From an uncultured Gammaproteobacteria bacterium (GTDB lineage Bacteria; Patescibacteriota; Microgenomatia; CAYGWK01), in NCBI GenBank assembly GCA_964353785.1, contig CAYGWK010000002.1:40293-104292 (forward strand): DNA of 64,000 nucleotides, in the 5' to 3' direction. Below are positions 37,128 through 47,952 of the stretch, in pieces. Each line of letters begins with the position of its first letter. The stretch's first letter is position 1. Made by a program: the position numbers and the translations under genes. The notes beneath the pieces were generated by a model. That model had not been told where the DNA came from. It saw only the letters and a program-made list of their open reading frames with translations, and did not search any database.

Positions 37128-37940
37128 CTAACTGGAAGCCGAAGAATAGCGGGTAAGGGCAAATTTCCAGAATTTTAAAGAGGCAAAAAGAAAAATACCA
37201 GCAATTAGAAACGAAAAAACCACCCATGGCCAAGATAAAAGTCCCATTAAGGCTTTGGCGGGAAAAGTCACCAAAACCGCCACTGGAATAACGACTGTTA
37301 AAACTGTTCGCAAGGGTTCCCGATAAATATCAATTGGTATTCTTCCCATTCCCGCTAAATCTCGGTAAATCCAAAGTATATTATCAACTTCAGTTGTTAA
37401 AACCCCAATTGCTAAAACGGCAATATGGAAAGCCAAGCCAAGAATAAATGAGGAGATTGTCAGCAATAGATAAAGAATCGCTCCTCCTAGGGTTACAGTA
37501 ACATACCCCTTTACCAGAAAAATTATTATATAAATTATTAAAGCAACCAGAGTTAAAAAATCATAAATATCTGTTCTTTCTGAAAGACTCCGAAATAATG
37601 GATTAATCGGCTTAACCAAAACTAAATCGAAACTTCCAGTTACAATTTGCCCTCGGAAATTATAAACTCCTCGAAGGAAAAACTGGAGCGAAATATCAAT
37701 TAAATTAAAGGTTAAAAAGAAAAAGACTGCCTGATAAAGACTATAACCTGCTAAAGTTTTGGTTTTACTAACTAACAAAAATAAAAATCCTAAAAAGAAC
37801 AAAAATCTTAAAACTTTACCGGTAATAGCAAAAACAGTTGTAAACCGATTAGAAAGGTCAATATTAAAGGAATAAGCCGTAAGTTTAAGCCAAACTTTTA
37901 AATATTTTTTAAAATTCATTTTATCTTCCCCAAGCCGCAT
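37128..37940 (-). CDS. ABC-2 type transporter permease
   Basis: 6-TM hydrophobic ORF downstream of ABC ATPase. Confidence 0.6.
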   Translation of the reverse strand: MRLGEDKMNFKKYLKVWLKLTAYSFNIDLSNRFTTVFAITGKVLRFLFFLGFLFLLVSKTKTLAGYSLYQAVFFFLTFNLIDISLQFFLRGVYNFRGQIVTGSFDLVLVKPINPLFRSLSERTDIYDFLTLVALIIYIIIFLVKGYVTVTLGGAILYLLLTISSFILGLAFHIAVLAIGVLTTEVDNILWIYRDLAGMGRIPIDIYREPLRTVLTVVIPVAVLVTFPAKALMGLLSWPWVVFSFLIAGIFLFASLKFWKFALTRYSSASS

Positions 37941-38727
37941 AATTTTTAACTCCGAGACGGAACATTAGTTTGACTGACTGATAAAAGACAAAAATCCAGA
38001 AAACAGAAACTGCCAAACCAGATAAAATTTCCCAAGTAGTTACTTTTCCTAAATAGACGTTTAAAGGAAAAAATAAAAGATAGGAAAAAGGCAAGATTCG
38101 TAAAACATTAAAAATACCAACTGGTAAAATGTCCAAAGGAAAAAGACTACCGGCAAAAAATTCAATAATAATAGTGGCTAAAAACCTTGGTGGCCAGACA
38201 TTTTCTGGAGTCCAAAAGGTAAGTGTCGAAAGTAAAAAGGAGAGATAAAAATACAAAATTATTCCTAAAATTATCGCTATCAAAGTAAACATTAAAATCG
38301 TTGGGTCTCTCTGAATGATAACCGGTGGCCGAAGCAAAATAAAAATTAAAGAAACCTCAATCGTTGAGAAAAACAGATTTAAAATTTTATCGGAAACATC
38401 TATGGTAAACCAGCATTTTAAATAGCTTATTGGCCTTAAAAGAGAATTGGAGATATCGCCAGAGGCAATCTCACCAGCCACATCAATACTCCTTGAGGAA
38501 AGAATAAAAGAGCGGATAATTGAAGTTCCTAAAATATAAGTTAAAATTTTTGCTTGGTCGTAACCAAAAACTGTTGTTCCTTGAGGAACAACGGCAAACC
38601 ATAAAAAATATAAAACTAAAAGTTGAATAAAAGCCCGAAATCGCCAAAGCAAAAAATTCAATCGATAGACAAAATATCCCTCAAAAGTAATTTTTAAAAC
38701 TTGAAGATATTTTCTCCAGCTTTTCAT
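37921..38727 (-). CDS. ABC-2 type transporter permease
   Basis: 6-TM hydrophobic ORF, overlaps neighbours. Confidence 0.6.
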   Translation of the reverse strand: MKSWRKYLQVLKITFEGYFVYRLNFLLWRFRAFIQLLVLYFLWFAVVPQGTTVFGYDQAKILTYILGTSIIRSFILSSRSIDVAGEIASGDISNSLLRPISYLKCWFTIDVSDKILNLFFSTIEVSLIFILLRPPVIIQRDPTILMFTLIAIILGIILYFYLSFLLSTLTFWTPENVWPPRFLATIIIEFFAGSLFPLDILPVGIFNVLRILPFSYLLFFPLNVYLGKVTTWEILSGLAVSVFWIFVFYQSVKLMFRLGVKNYAAWGR

Positions 38728-39710
38728 TATTCTTTCTTGCCGGTAAAAATCTGGCGGATAATGTCTTCTATGGGAATTTCTTCAATATTTAAGTCAGCCA
38801 CGGGGAAATGGTGAAGAAGTTCGGCCGCAGCCGAATTTGAAGCTTCTCTTGAAACCAGAATTCGGGCTTTGGGAAAATCAAGTTCTTTAACTTCCCCGAT
38901 TTCATCAAGTTTTTTAAGGTCAAATTCTTTGGAAAAGACAACTGACAAAACTTTTTGGGGAGCGAATTTCTCGACAATCTCGGATAACTTCCCATCAAAA
39001 ATAATTTTTCCTTTATCAATAATAATAACTCTTTGACAAAGTTCTTTAACATCACCCATATAATGAGAGGTCAAAAGAATAGTTGATTTTTTCTGGCGAT
39101 TATATTCTTTGATAAAATCGCGCATTTTTTTCTGCATCACCACATCAAGGCCAATGGTCGGCTCGTCTAAAAATAAAACTTTGGGAGAGTGTAAAAGAGC
39201 AGCAATCAGTTCGCATTTCATCCGCTGTCCTAAAGAAAGTTTTCTTACCTGAACTTTCAAAATATCTTCAACCTCAAGTAATTTCACTAGCTCGTCTAAA
39301 GTTTTTTTAAATTGCCCCTCTGGAATTTCATAGATTTCTTTATTTAATATAAAAGTTTCCATCGGGGGTAAATCCCACCAAAGTTGGTTTTTTTGACCCA
39401 TCACAAGAGCAATTTGTTTTAAAAACTCTGCCTTTCTATCCCAGGGAGTAAAACCTAAAACAGAAATTTCTCCCAGAGTTGGATAAAGAAGGCCAGAAAG
39501 ACATTTCAAGGTCGTCGTTTTCCCGGCTCCGTTTGGACCAATAAATCCAACCAGTTCTCCTTCCTCTATCTCAAAAGAAATTCCGTCAACCGCCTTGACA
39601 TCCTTATATTTTCTTTTGAATAAAGATTTAATTGAACCAAAAACTCCCGGTTCTTTTTCGTGGACCTGATAATATTTCTTGAGGCGAGAGACCGAAATTG
39701 TGGACATCAA
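38727..39710 (-). CDS. ABC transporter ATP-binding protein
   Basis: Walker A GPNGAGKTT, signature LSLGQRMK, Walker B VLFLDEPT. Confidence 0.85.
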   Translation of the reverse strand: MMSTISVSRLKKYYQVHEKEPGVFGSIKSLFKRKYKDVKAVDGISFEIEEGELVGFIGPNGAGKTTTLKCLSGLLYPTLGEISVLGFTPWDRKAEFLKQIALVMGQKNQLWWDLPPMETFILNKEIYEIPEGQFKKTLDELVKLLEVEDILKVQVRKLSLGQRMKCELIAALLHSPKVLFLDEPTIGLDVVMQKKMRDFIKEYNRQKKSTILLTSHYMGDVKELCQRVIIIDKGKIIFDGKLSEIVEKFAPQKVLSVVFSKEFDLKKLDEIGEVKELDFPKARILVSREASNSAAAELLHHFPVADLNIEEIPIEDIIRQIFTGKKE

Positions 39711-39721
39711 GAAAAATTATA

Positions 39722-40003
39722 TCACCCTTTGATAATTTTGCGAAGGGAGCGGCCTGGAGAAAAACGAGGAGCTCGATGAGATTTAACGATTTTTTTCTCA
39801 CCCGTTTTGGGAACAATAACCGCTTTATCTTTAACTGTCACTACTCTAAATGTTCCAAATCCAGACAAAATTACCTTTTCTCCTTTAATTAGGGCTTTTT
39901 CAATCTCCGACAAAAAATTCTCAATCGCCTCCAAAGAGGCTTTTTTGGTTAAGTGGGCTTTGCGGGCAACAATCTCCACTAATTCGCTTTTTCGCATGGC
40001 CAT
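39722..40003 (-). CDS. hup: DNA-binding protein HU
   Basis: 93 aa, GFGTFRV…R-x-PRFSPG arm motif. Confidence 0.85.
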   Translation of the reverse strand: MAMRKSELVEIVARKAHLTKKASLEAIENFLSEIEKALIKGEKVILSGFGTFRVVTVKDKAVIVPKTGEKKIVKSHRAPRFSPGRSLRKIIKG

Positions 40004-40046
40004 ACTATTTAAATATAAAAATTAAAATTTGTCAAGATGCTTCCAA

Positions 40047-41288
40047 TCATTTAGCTGTTTCTGTCGCTCTCGTTTCCCTAATTGCCACCACTTTAATTTG
40101 ACCGATTGCCCTAGCTTCTTCTTCAAGTTTCTCGGCAATTTTTTTGGTTAAGGCTGGAAGTTCGCTATCAAGAACCTCTTCTGGCTTAACTATAACCCGA
40201 ATCTCTCCTCCTCCCTGGTAGGCGGCTACATCCGAAACTTGAGGAAAGCTTTTTACCAACTCCTCAATATGGGTCATTCTTTTAAGATATTCTTCAATTG
40301 GCTCATAACGAGCACCCGGACGGCTACCTGAGGCGCTATCGGCAATCCAAACAATGGCCGACTCAATCGAGGAAAAAGGCTTGTCCTCATGATGTTCGGC
40401 AACAGCCGCAATCACCTTCTCGGAAATCCGGTATTTCTTTAAAAACTCAACCCCAAGTTCAACATGGGTACCCTCTTCTTCAGTTATAACTTTGCCAATA
40501 TCATGAAGAAGGCAACCCAAACGGACAGTATTTATATCTGCTTTAAGTTCCAAAGCAATGGCTACCCCAATTTTTGTTTCCTCAATTGTGTGCTGGGCCA
40601 GATTTTGACCAAAGGAGAATCGGTATTTATACTTACCAATTGTTTTTATTAAATCTAGGTGAAGGTTATAGACTCCGACAGAATGGCAAATTTTTCTTCC
40701 TTCCTCAAAAAGAATGTGCTCCATTTGTTTTTTGGTTTGGGAAACGAGTTCTTCTATTCTCCCAGGTTGGATTCGGCCGTCACGAATAAGTTTTTCCAAA
40801 GAAATTTTGGCAATTTCTCTCCTTATTGAGTCAAATGAAGAAATCCGAAGATCTAAGGTCTCGTCAAGTTCAATTTCAACCCCGGTCGCCTGTTCAAAAG
40901 CGCGAATATTTCTTCCTTCTCGGCCAATAATTCTCCCTTTTATTTCCTCATCCGCCAGCCTTATGGTTGAAACAGTATATTCAGAAACCCAATCAGTTAC
41001 CCCATGCCTCATTGCCTCAACCAAAACCTCTTTGGCAATCTCTGCGGCAGTGGCTTTAATTTCATCCTCTGCTTCCTTAATTTTCCGGGAAATCTCGGCG
41101 GCTAACTTTTTCTCTGTTTCCTCAAGAACAAGTTTCCTTGCTTCATCCTTTGAAAGGCCTGAAGTTTTCTCCTTTTCTTTCTCAAGTTCTTCTTCTTTCT
41201 TTCGCAGTTCTTCTTCTTTTTTTACCAAATAAGAAGCCAGCTCAAGCTCGCTTGTTTTTTTCTTTGTTTGTCCACCAAAAATAGGCAT
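40047..41288 (-). CDS. rny: ribonuclease Y (KH + HD domains)
   Basis: KH GRIIGREGRNIRAFE, HD LLHDIGK, coiled N-terminus. Confidence 0.8.
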   Translation of the reverse strand: MPIFGGQTKKKTSELELASYLVKKEEELRKKEEELEKEKEKTSGLSKDEARKLVLEETEKKLAAEISRKIKEAEDEIKATAAEIAKEVLVEAMRHGVTDWVSEYTVSTIRLADEEIKGRIIGREGRNIRAFEQATGVEIELDETLDLRISSFDSIRREIAKISLEKLIRDGRIQPGRIEELVSQTKKQMEHILFEEGRKICHSVGVYNLHLDLIKTIGKYKYRFSFGQNLAQHTIEETKIGVAIALELKADINTVRLGCLLHDIGKVITEEEGTHVELGVEFLKKYRISEKVIAAVAEHHEDKPFSSIESAIVWIADSASGSRPGARYEPIEEYLKRMTHIEELVKSFPQVSDVAAYQGGGEIRVIVKPEEVLDSELPALTKKIAEKLEEEARAIGQIKVVAIRETRATETAK

Positions 41289-41427
41289 AAGTTTTCGACG
41301 AGAGAAAGGGGACGATGAAGAAAACGCTTTTTAAGCGCTTAAGTCAGGAAGAATTTTTGAGAATCTGAAATTCATGATTGTTTCTTTCATCATCCTGAAT
41401 TCTACTTTCGTCTTGAAAGAGATTATA

Positions 41428-42075
41428 CTACTTTTCCAATTTTTCGTCAATGATTTCTTTTACCGTCTCCCAAGAAAAGCCTCTTCTGGCTAAAGCGGAA
41501 GCCAGTTTCTGTTTCTGTTCAAGGTGAGAATAATGTTTTAGTGATTTCAATTTTTTTTCAGCCACCTTTTTGGCTAAGTCGTGCTCACTAAATGGCTTAA
41601 TGGCTAAATTGCTTAATTGCTGGTCAATAATTTCTCGCGTGACCCCTTTTTGCCGCAACTCTAGGGCTAATAATCTGGTTCCAGAAGGTCTAAAGGTAGT
41701 TCTTTGCTCAATCCACCATTTAGCAAATTCTTCATCATTAAGATATCCTAAGTGTTTTAATTTCTGGTATATTAATTTTTGAGTTTCTTCGCCGACTTGT
41801 TTTTTCTTAAACCAGTCTTTGAGTTCTTTTTCTGAACGGGGACGGTAGGAGAAAAATTTTAAAACTCGGTCATAAACTTTGACAAATTCATTTTCCTTAA
41901 CTAATTTTTCTATTTCTTCCTGGGAAATTTCTTGGTTAATCTTCAAACCTGATTTAACCAAAGTATCAGCATCCAGCCCAAAAGAGAATCTTCCATCAAC
42001 ATAAATATTAAATCTCTGTTTTCTTCTTTGGGGTTTAATATCAGTTATCTGTGGCACTTTATTGCAAAGCAACAA
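41428..42075 (-). CDS. recX: regulatory protein RecX
   Basis: RecX helical-repeat pattern; immediately downstream of recA. Confidence 0.7.
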   Translation of the reverse strand: MLLCNKVPQITDIKPQRRKQRFNIYVDGRFSFGLDADTLVKSGLKINQEISQEEIEKLVKENEFVKVYDRVLKFFSYRPRSEKELKDWFKKKQVGEETQKLIYQKLKHLGYLNDEEFAKWWIEQRTTFRPSGTRLLALELRQKGVTREIIDQQLSNLAIKPFSEHDLAKKVAEKKLKSLKHYSHLEQKQKLASALARRGFSWETVKEIIDEKLEK

Positions 42076-42082
42076 GCTCTGC

Positions 42083-43129
42083 TTATTCTTCCGAAGTCTC
42101 TTCGCCGATTTCTTTAGGAACTACTTTTTTGCCGGACTTGACCGTTTCCCAAATTTTCTTAGTGATCTCTCCGGAAAGCTTTGGATTTTCCTCTAAATAT
42201 AACTTGGCTGCTTCTCGTCCTTGACCTAAAAGTTTCTCACCATATTTTAAGAACGCCCCCGATTTGCCAATTATTCCCATTTCTATCCCTACATCCAAAA
42301 TTCCTCCGCTTTTTGAAATTCCCCCAATATTCATGATGTCAAATTCGGCGGCTCTAAAAGGTGGAGCAACTTTATTTTTGACTACCCTGGCTCGGTGGCG
42401 AGAACCAACCACCACTCCTTGCTGGTCTTTAATAGTATCAATTTTCCGGGTATCAATTCTCACCGAGGCGTAAAATTTCAAAGCCATTCCCCCTGTAGTT
42501 ACCTCGGGATTGCCAAACATCACCCCAATTTTATGGCGAAGTTGATTGGTAAAAATAACCACGGTTTTTGATTTGGAAATTGCTCCAGTAAGCTTGCGAA
42601 GCGCCTGACTCATCAATCTTGCCTGAACTCCAATCATGGCGTCTCCCATTTCTCCTTCAATTTCGGCCCTGGGAACCAAAGCGGCAACCGAATCAATGGC
42701 AATAACATCAATTGCACCAGAGCGAACCAGGGTTTCGACTATTTCCAAAGCCTGCTCACCAGTATCTGGTTGAGAAATCAACAAATCATCAAGTTTAACT
42801 CCAATTGATTCTGCCCGGAGAGGGTCTAAACCATGTTCGGCATCAACAAAGGCGGCCGTTCCCCCCATTTTTTGGGCTTCGGCAATAATGTGAAGAGCTA
42901 AGGTGGTTTTTCCTGAAGCCTCTGGTCCGTAGATTTCGCTAATTCTCCCTCGAGGAACTCCACCAACTCCCAAAGCCAAATCTAAAGCAATTGAGCCAGT
43001 GGGAATAACTTCAGTCATCATTCGACCAGCCGGCTGCTCACCCAACTTCATAATCGAACCCTTACCATACTGCTTTTCAATTTGCTCCATGGCAATTTTT
43101 ATTGCTTCAAGTTTTTGATTGGTAGCCAT
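42083..43129 (-). CDS. recA: recombinase RecA
   Basis: Walker [11 protein letters not shown]1/L2 loops, near-identical core to RecA family. Confidence 0.95.
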   Translation of the reverse strand: MATNQKLEAIKIAMEQIEKQYGKGSIMKLGEQPAGRMMTEVIPTGSIALDLALGVGGVPRGRISEIYGPEASGKTTLALHIIAEAQKMGGTAAFVDAEHGLDPLRAESIGVKLDDLLISQPDTGEQALEIVETLVRSGAIDVIAIDSVAALVPRAEIEGEMGDAMIGVQARLMSQALRKLTGAISKSKTVVIFTNQLRHKIGVMFGNPEVTTGGMALKFYASVRIDTRKIDTIKDQQGVVVGSRHRARVVKNKVAPPFRAAEFDIMNIGGISKSGGILDVGIEMGIIGKSGAFLKYGEKLLGQGREAAKLYLEENPKLSGEITKKIWETVKSGKKVVPKEIGEETSEE

Positions 43130-43179
43130 GGCGTTTTCTTTTTATCACAATTTTTGCTAAAATACAAGCAAGAGTTTTT

Positions 43180-43256
43180 CGGAGAGTGGCGCAATTGGTT
43201 AGCGCACCAGGCTGGGGGTCTGGGGGTTGGGGGTTCGAGTCCCCCCTCTCCGACCA
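43180..43256 (+). tRNA. tRNA-Pro (anticodon GGG), CCA encoded
   Basis: Acceptor CGGAGAG/CTCTCCG, D-stem GCGC/GCGC, anticodon stem CCAGG/TCTGG loop CTGGGGG, T-arm GGGGG-TTCGAGT-CCCCC, ACCA 3' end. Confidence 0.8.
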
Positions 43257-43261
43257 AAAGA

Positions 43262-43681
43262 TTATCTCTTCGGGCTCTGTTTCTTCCTTCTCGCCTTCCC
43301 GCCCATACCCACCTTGCGGCGTTCACGGGTCCGAGAATCACGAGTAAGAAGTTTGGCTTTTTTAAGTACTGGTCTAAAATTTTCTTTGTCAAGTGAGGCC
43401 AACGCCCGAGAAAGACCGTGAACCACCGCCCCAAGTTGGCCATTTTTTCCTCCACCAGAGACCTTAATCGTCGCATAATATTTACCGGCTGTATCAGTCA
43501 ATTCAAAAGGACTCGTGTGTGCAACTCTGGAAACCTCACTCGGAAAATACTCTCCGATGGGCAGGTTATTAACTAAAGTTTCTCCTTTACCTTTATATAA
43601 TCTTATCCGAGCAATAGATTCTTTTCTCCGGCCAACGGCATGGATAATTTCTGGTTTTTCTACTTTTTTTGTTCTTGGCAT
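43262..43681 (-). CDS. rpsI: 30S ribosomal protein S9
   Basis: Translation matches S9 C-terminal GGGKNGQ…RRKVG…KR. Confidence 0.9.
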   Translation of the reverse strand: MPRTKKVEKPEIIHAVGRRKESIARIRLYKGKGETLVNNLPIGEYFPSEVSRVAHTSPFELTDTAGKYYATIKVSGGGKNGQLGAVVHGLSRALASLDKENFRPVLKKAKLLTRDSRTRERRKVGMGGKARRKKQSPKR

Positions 43682-43683
43682 AT

Positions 43684-44100
43684 TTACTCTTTGAATTTAT
43701 CTTTATAAGGATGCTCTTCTGCCGCAAAGACAAATAATCTTTTAAGCATTCTATCCCTTAATTTATTTTGGGGTAGCATTCCGGAAACGGCGTGGATAAT
43801 GATTTTTTCCGGCTGTTTCGACCGAAGTTCTCCAAGAGAAACTGCTTTAAGTCCTCCTGGATATCCAGAGTGGCGAAAGTATGTTTTTTGTTTTTCTTTC
43901 TTGCCAGTCACCGCCACATGTGCCGCATTTATCACCACCACAAAGTCTCCACAATCCAAATAAGAGACAAAATAAGGCTTTTTCTTGCCAATTAAAAGTT
44001 CGGCAATTTCAGTAGACACTCTTCCTAAAATTTTCTCTTTGGCGTCAACTAAATGCCATGCTCGTTTGATATCTTTAATGCTTGGTGAATAAGTTCTCAT
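43684..44100 (-). CDS. rplM: 50S ribosomal protein L13
   Basis: L13 family translation; operon partner of rpsI. Confidence 0.9.
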   Translation of the reverse strand: MRTYSPSIKDIKRAWHLVDAKEKILGRVSTEIAELLIGKKKPYFVSYLDCGDFVVVINAAHVAVTGKKEKQKTYFRHSGYPGGLKAVSLGELRSKQPEKIIIHAVSGMLPQNKLRDRMLKRLFVFAAEEHPYKDKFKE

Positions 44101-44504
44101 CGTGTTGCAGGTTTTTCCTTCGGTTTCTTAACTTCAGGCTTTTCTTCGACTCCTTCCATAAACTCTATTTTAACCATCATCGCCTGGTCTCCCTCTCTTT
44201 TTCCCAAACGCAAGATCCTGGTAAAACCACTTTGGCGCTCCTTAAATTTTGGGGCAATTTCATCAACTAGCCTTGAAACTACTTTTTTATCTTGTAAAAA
44301 GGCAATTAAAAGCCGCCGGGCTGACAGAGTCTGCTGTTTTGCTCGAGTAACTAATTTATCAACTAATTTTTTAATCGCCTTAGCCTTTGCTTCGGTAGTT
44401 TTAATCTCGCCATGAAGGATAAGGGAAGAAGTTAAATTTTTAAAAAGGGCTTTTCTCTCGTTCCGATTGCGCCCCAATTTTTTCCCAGAAACCCGATGCC
44501 TCAT
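44097..44504 (-). CDS. rplQ: 50S ribosomal protein L17
   Basis: MRHRVSGKKLGR… L17 signature. Confidence 0.9.
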   Translation of the reverse strand: MRHRVSGKKLGRNRNERKALFKNLTSSLILHGEIKTTEAKAKAIKKLVDKLVTRAKQQTLSARRLLIAFLQDKKVVSRLVDEIAPKFKERQSGFTRILRLGKREGDQAMMVKIEFMEGVEEKPEVKKPKEKPATR

Positions 44505-45415
44505 TGTGGAAACTCAACCCCTTTTTCCGAAAGAGCGGCTTCAATAATTTTAATTGATTTAGTACCTAAATTTTTAACCTTGGAGATATCCTTCTTTGAA
44601 ACAGAAACAAGATCCTCGATAGTCTTATAACCGGCTTTCTCCAAAGCGTTAACAATTCTTGTTGGCAGCGCCAATTCCTCAACCATAAGCTTTAAAACCT
44701 CTGGGGAAATTTGGACTTTTTCTTCTTCTTTAACTTTTGGTTTCTTCGGCTCAACAATCTGCTCAAAATAAGGAATGATAGTTTTTGCCGCTTGTTTGAC
44801 CGCTGCCAAAGGAGAAATTGTTCCATCGGTTGATACTTCTAATATAAGTTTGTCAAAATTAGTCATTCTGCCAACCCGAGTTGCCTCAACCCTAGAATTT
44901 ACTCGGACCACTGGAGAAAAGAGAGCATCTATTGGGACTGTTCCCAAGGTCTCGGATTTTCTCTCCTCAAAAGGAGAATAGCCGTATCCTTTCTCAACCG
45001 TCATTTCAAGTGAGACTTTTGACTTTTTATCAGCCAAGGTCCCCAAAACTAAATCTTTATTAACAACCTGAACACTTGCCGGAGTTTTGATTTCTGAAGC
45101 CTTAATTTCTCCCGGGCCTGAAGCCTCAAGTTTAATTTTGACTTCTTTGTCTCCACCATAACGGATTCTTAATTTTTTAATATTTAAAATAAACTCAACT
45201 ACATCTTCCTTAAGACCAGGGATGGTGGTAAATTGATGGCGAACTCCAGCAATCTTAACAAAAGTAACCGCCGCCCCAGGGAGAGAAGTTAAAAGAACCC
45301 TCCGTAAGGCATTCCCAACCGTTAATCCATAACCCTGTTCTAGGGGTTCAAGAATAAAAACTCCTTCTGTTGGAGTTTCTTTTTCGGTTTTAATTTGAAA
45401 AATAGGTTGAGTCAT
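44501..45415 (-). CDS. rpoA: DNA-directed RNA polymerase alpha subunit
   Basis: NTD dimerisation motifs GYGLTVGNALRRVLLTS; alpha-operon position. Confidence 0.9.
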   Translation of the reverse strand: MTQPIFQIKTEKETPTEGVFILEPLEQGYGLTVGNALRRVLLTSLPGAAVTFVKIAGVRHQFTTIPGLKEDVVEFILNIKKLRIRYGGDKEVKIKLEASGPGEIKASEIKTPASVQVVNKDLVLGTLADKKSKVSLEMTVEKGYGYSPFEERKSETLGTVPIDALFSPVVRVNSRVEATRVGRMTNFDKLILEVSTDGTISPLAAVKQAAKTIIPYFEQIVEPKKPKVKEEEKVQISPEVLKLMVEELALPTRIVNALEKAGYKTIEDLVSVSKKDISKVKNLGTKSIKIIEAALSEKGVEFPQ

Positions 45416-45417
45416 AA

Positions 45418-46041
45418 TTACCGTGAGTAATATTCTACTATCAATTGCTCTAAAATTTCACCTTCTCCCTCTTCTCTTTTAGGAAGCCGCTTTACCCTGC
45501 CAACCGCTCCCTTTCTCTCAAACCACTCAGGTATTATAACATTTTTTTGAGCTAAAATCTCTTTGATTTCAGGAATTTCAAAAGCCTTAAGTGAGAGGGT
45601 TATTATCTCGCCCACCTTAACTTGATAAGAAGGAATGCTTACTTTTTTATCATTAACCAAAACGTGGCCATGAGAAACAAGTTGTCGGGCAATTGAACGT
45701 GATGGGCTAAATCCCAACCGAAAAATCGCATTATCAAGCCGTCGTTCAAGCATCCCAAGTAAGGCTTCACCAGTTACTCCTTTGAATTTTCTCGCCTTTT
45801 CAAAATATTTTTTAAACTGCCGCTCTCCTACCCCATAGATTCTTTTTGCCTTTTGTTTCTCCCGAAGTTGAAGTCCATATTCTGAAGGCCTTCTTTTTCT
45901 CTTACTTCCCACCATTCCTGGAGGAACTGCTCCTTTTCTCTCAATTGGGCATTTTGGGCTAAAACATCTTTTCCCTTTTAGAAAAAGTTTTACTCCTTCT
46001 CGGCGACAAAGCCGGCATTTTGCGTCAAGATATCTTGCCAT
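45418..46041 (-). CDS. rpsD: 30S ribosomal protein S4
   Basis: MARYLDAKCRLCRREG zinc-finger-like N-term and S4 domain. Confidence 0.9.
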   Translation of the reverse strand: MARYLDAKCRLCRREGVKLFLKGKRCFSPKCPIERKGAVPPGMVGSKRKRRPSEYGLQLREKQKAKRIYGVGERQFKKYFEKARKFKGVTGEALLGMLERRLDNAIFRLGFSPSRSIARQLVSHGHVLVNDKKVSIPSYQVKVGEIITLSLKAFEIPEIKEILAQKNVIIPEWFERKGAVGRVKRLPKREEGEGEILEQLIVEYYSR

Positions 46042-46418
46042 TAGACTCTCCTTTTTTTCTTTGCTCTTGTTCCATTATGAGGAATGGGGGTGATATCGGC
46101 AATTAAATTCATCTTAATCCCAGAGGCGCGAATTGCCCGAAGAGTAGCGTCTCTACCTGGACCTGGTCCTTTAATATAAACTTCAACTTCACGCACACCA
46201 AGCTCCAAGATTTTTTTGGTAAGTTTCTCCACTGTGGTCGTGGCCGCAAAGGGAGTAGCTTTCTTGGTTCCCCGAAATCCGGCGCTTCCGCAAGATTGCC
46301 AAGCAATGGTATTTCCCAAAAGATCGCAAGCGGTCACTAAAGTATTATTGAAGGTGGCGGTCACATAAATTTTTGCTTGCTCAGTTAATTTTTTCTTTTT
46401 CGTTTTTACTTTTTTCAT
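46041..46418 (-). CDS. rpsK: 30S ribosomal protein S11
   Basis: S11 family translation. Confidence 0.9.
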   Translation of the reverse strand: MKKVKTKKKKLTEQAKIYVTATFNNTLVTACDLLGNTIAWQSCGSAGFRGTKKATPFAATTTVEKLTKKILELGVREVEVYIKGPGPGRDATLRAIRASGIKMNLIADITPIPHNGTRAKKKRRV

Positions 46419-46855
46419 ACCTTAGTAGCCTCCTCGGTTGGCTTTGGCGACGGTGGGGTTGGGGCGGTCACTTCTCCTGTCCTGGTCAAAATTTCTTTTT
46501 TCATGGCGCCAATAGTCACCCTTTTGCCTCTTTTGGTTCGGGCATTAGTTCTGGTCCGCTGTCCCCGAACCGGAAGGTTTCTGGCATGCCTTACCCCCCG
46601 GTAACTTCCGATTTCCTTAAGCCGTTTGATATCTTCGCTCACTTCTCTACGGAGTTCACCCTCAATTTTAAGGGTTTCTAGGACTTTTGAGATTTTGGCA
46701 ATCTCCTCACCAGTTAGGTCTTTTGCTTTCTTTGTCCCGTCTACGCCAGCCTTTTTAAGGATTAAATCCACGTTTTTTCTCCCTACTCCATAAAGGTAGG
46801 TTAAAGAAATCCAAGTTGGTTTTTCCTCGGGTATATCAACTCCAGCGATTCTTGG
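46415..46855 (-). CDS. rpsM: 30S ribosomal protein S13 (true start MPRIAGVDIP; ORF track extends to 46942)
   Basis: S13 N-terminus MPRIAGVDIP. Confidence 0.9.
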   Translation of the reverse strand, partial: PRIAGVDIPEEKPTWISLTYLYGVGRKNVDLILKKAGVDGTKKAKDLTGEEIAKISKVLETLKIEGELRREVSEDIKRLKEIGSYRGVRHARNLPVRGQRTRTNARTKRGKRVTIGAMKKEILTRTGEVTAPTPPSPKPTEEATKV

Positions 46856-46866
46856 CATAAATAATC

Positions 46867-46980
46867 TTATCCTTGCCTTTGTTTGTGCCGGGGATTTGAA
46901 CAGATAACAAAAAGCATCCCCCGCCGCCTGACAATTTTGCAATTTTTACACCTTTTTTTGACTGATGCTTGAACTTTCAT
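46867..46980 (-). CDS. rpmJ: 50S ribosomal protein L36 (37 aa; not in ORF track)
   Basis: Minus-strand translation [37 protein letters not shown] matches L36 zinc-ribbon. Confidence 0.85.
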   Translation of the reverse strand: MKVQASVKKRCKNCKIVRRRGMLFVICSNPRHKQRQG

Positions 46981-46981
46981 A

Positions 46982-47200
46982 CTATTTATATCGAAAAACA
47001 ATCCTTCCTTTCGTCTCATCATATAGGGTGACTTCTACCTTAACTTTGTCTCCAGGCAAAATCCGAATATGGTTCATCCTCATTTTTCCAGAAAGATGAC
47101 AAAGCAAAATTCTTCCATCGAGAATTTTTACCCGAAAAAGGGTATTGGGCAAGGCTTCAACTACCTCGCCATCATGTTCAACTGTTCCCTGGTGTATCAT
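46982..47200 (-). CDS. infA: translation initiation factor IF-1
   Basis: S1-like OB fold sequence [19 protein letters not shown]. Confidence 0.9.
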   Translation of the reverse strand: MIHQGTVEHDGEVVEALPNTLFRVKILDGRILLCHLSGKMRMNHIRILPGDKVKVEVTLYDETKGRIVFRYK

Positions 47201-47952
47201 CTGGTTAAAACCAAAGGACCGCCAGCGGTAACCGCTACGGTCTCTTCAAAAAGCCCGGCTATTTTACCATCTTTTGTTTTAATTGTCCAGCCATCAGAGG
47301 TTAAAACCACTTCTGGCAAGCCAAGATTATAGATAATCTCAATTGCCAACGTCATCCCTTTTTTAAGTTTTGGTGTTTTTTCTACTTCTCCTTCAAAAAA
47401 ACAAGGAATTTGGGGTTCCTCATGAAGTTTCCTGCCAACCCCGTGCCCTGTCAAAGCCCGCACCGGAGAAAATCCCGCCTTTTTAATTTCCTCCTCAATC
47501 ACCTTGCTTATCTGCCCCAAATAATTCCCGGGTCTTACCATTTCAATCGCCTTCTCCAGGGCTCTTTTTCCCGCCTCCAAAAATTCTTCGCTTTTCACTA
47601 GCCACTTGCCACTACCCACTACTATCGTTGTCGCTTTATCGGTGTGGAATCTCTGATAAAAAATTCCTGCATCAAGACTCAAAAGATCGCCCTCTTTTAG
47701 TCGGTAACCGCCAGGAATTCCATGAACCACTCCTTGATTGATATTAATACAGGTGCTCCAGTGGTATCCTGGAACCATTTTAAACGATGGTTTCCCTTTT
47801 TCTTTTTTAATGAGCGCTTCGGCTTGCTCATCAAGCCTTTTAGTTTTAAGTCCTGGTTTTGCCTCTTTTAAAACCTGGTCAAAAACTCGGGCCAGCCTTC
47901 TCCCTCCCTCTCTCATAATTTCTATTTCTTCTTCGGTTTTTAGCGGAATCAT
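47197..47952 (-). CDS. map: methionine aminopeptidase type I
   Basis: Pita-bread fold metal ligands (D…D…H…E…E) pattern. Confidence 0.9.
   Translation of the reverse strand: MIPLKTEEEIEIMREGGRRLARVFDQVLKEAKPGLKTKRLDEQAEALIKKEKGKPSFKMVPGYHWSTCININQGVVHGIPGGYRLKEGDLLSLDAGIFYQRFHTDKATTIVVGSGKWLVKSEEFLEAGKRALEKAIEMVRPGNYLGQISKVIEEEIKKAGFSPVRALTGHGVGRKLHEEPQIPCFFEGEVEKTPKLKKGMTLAIEIIYNLGLPEVVLTSDGWTIKTKDGKIAGLFEETVAVTAGGPLVLTR

Noticed and set aside
40714-41232. 172-aa Ser-rich plus-strand ORF
   Set aside because: Antisense shadow of the Lys/Glu-rich coiled-coil region of RNase Y (AAG/GAA codons read as Ser on the other strand).
43082-43476. ORFs 43082-43396 (+) and 43099-43476 (-)
   Set aside because: Span the tRNA-Pro gene and antisense of rpsI; no coding signal.
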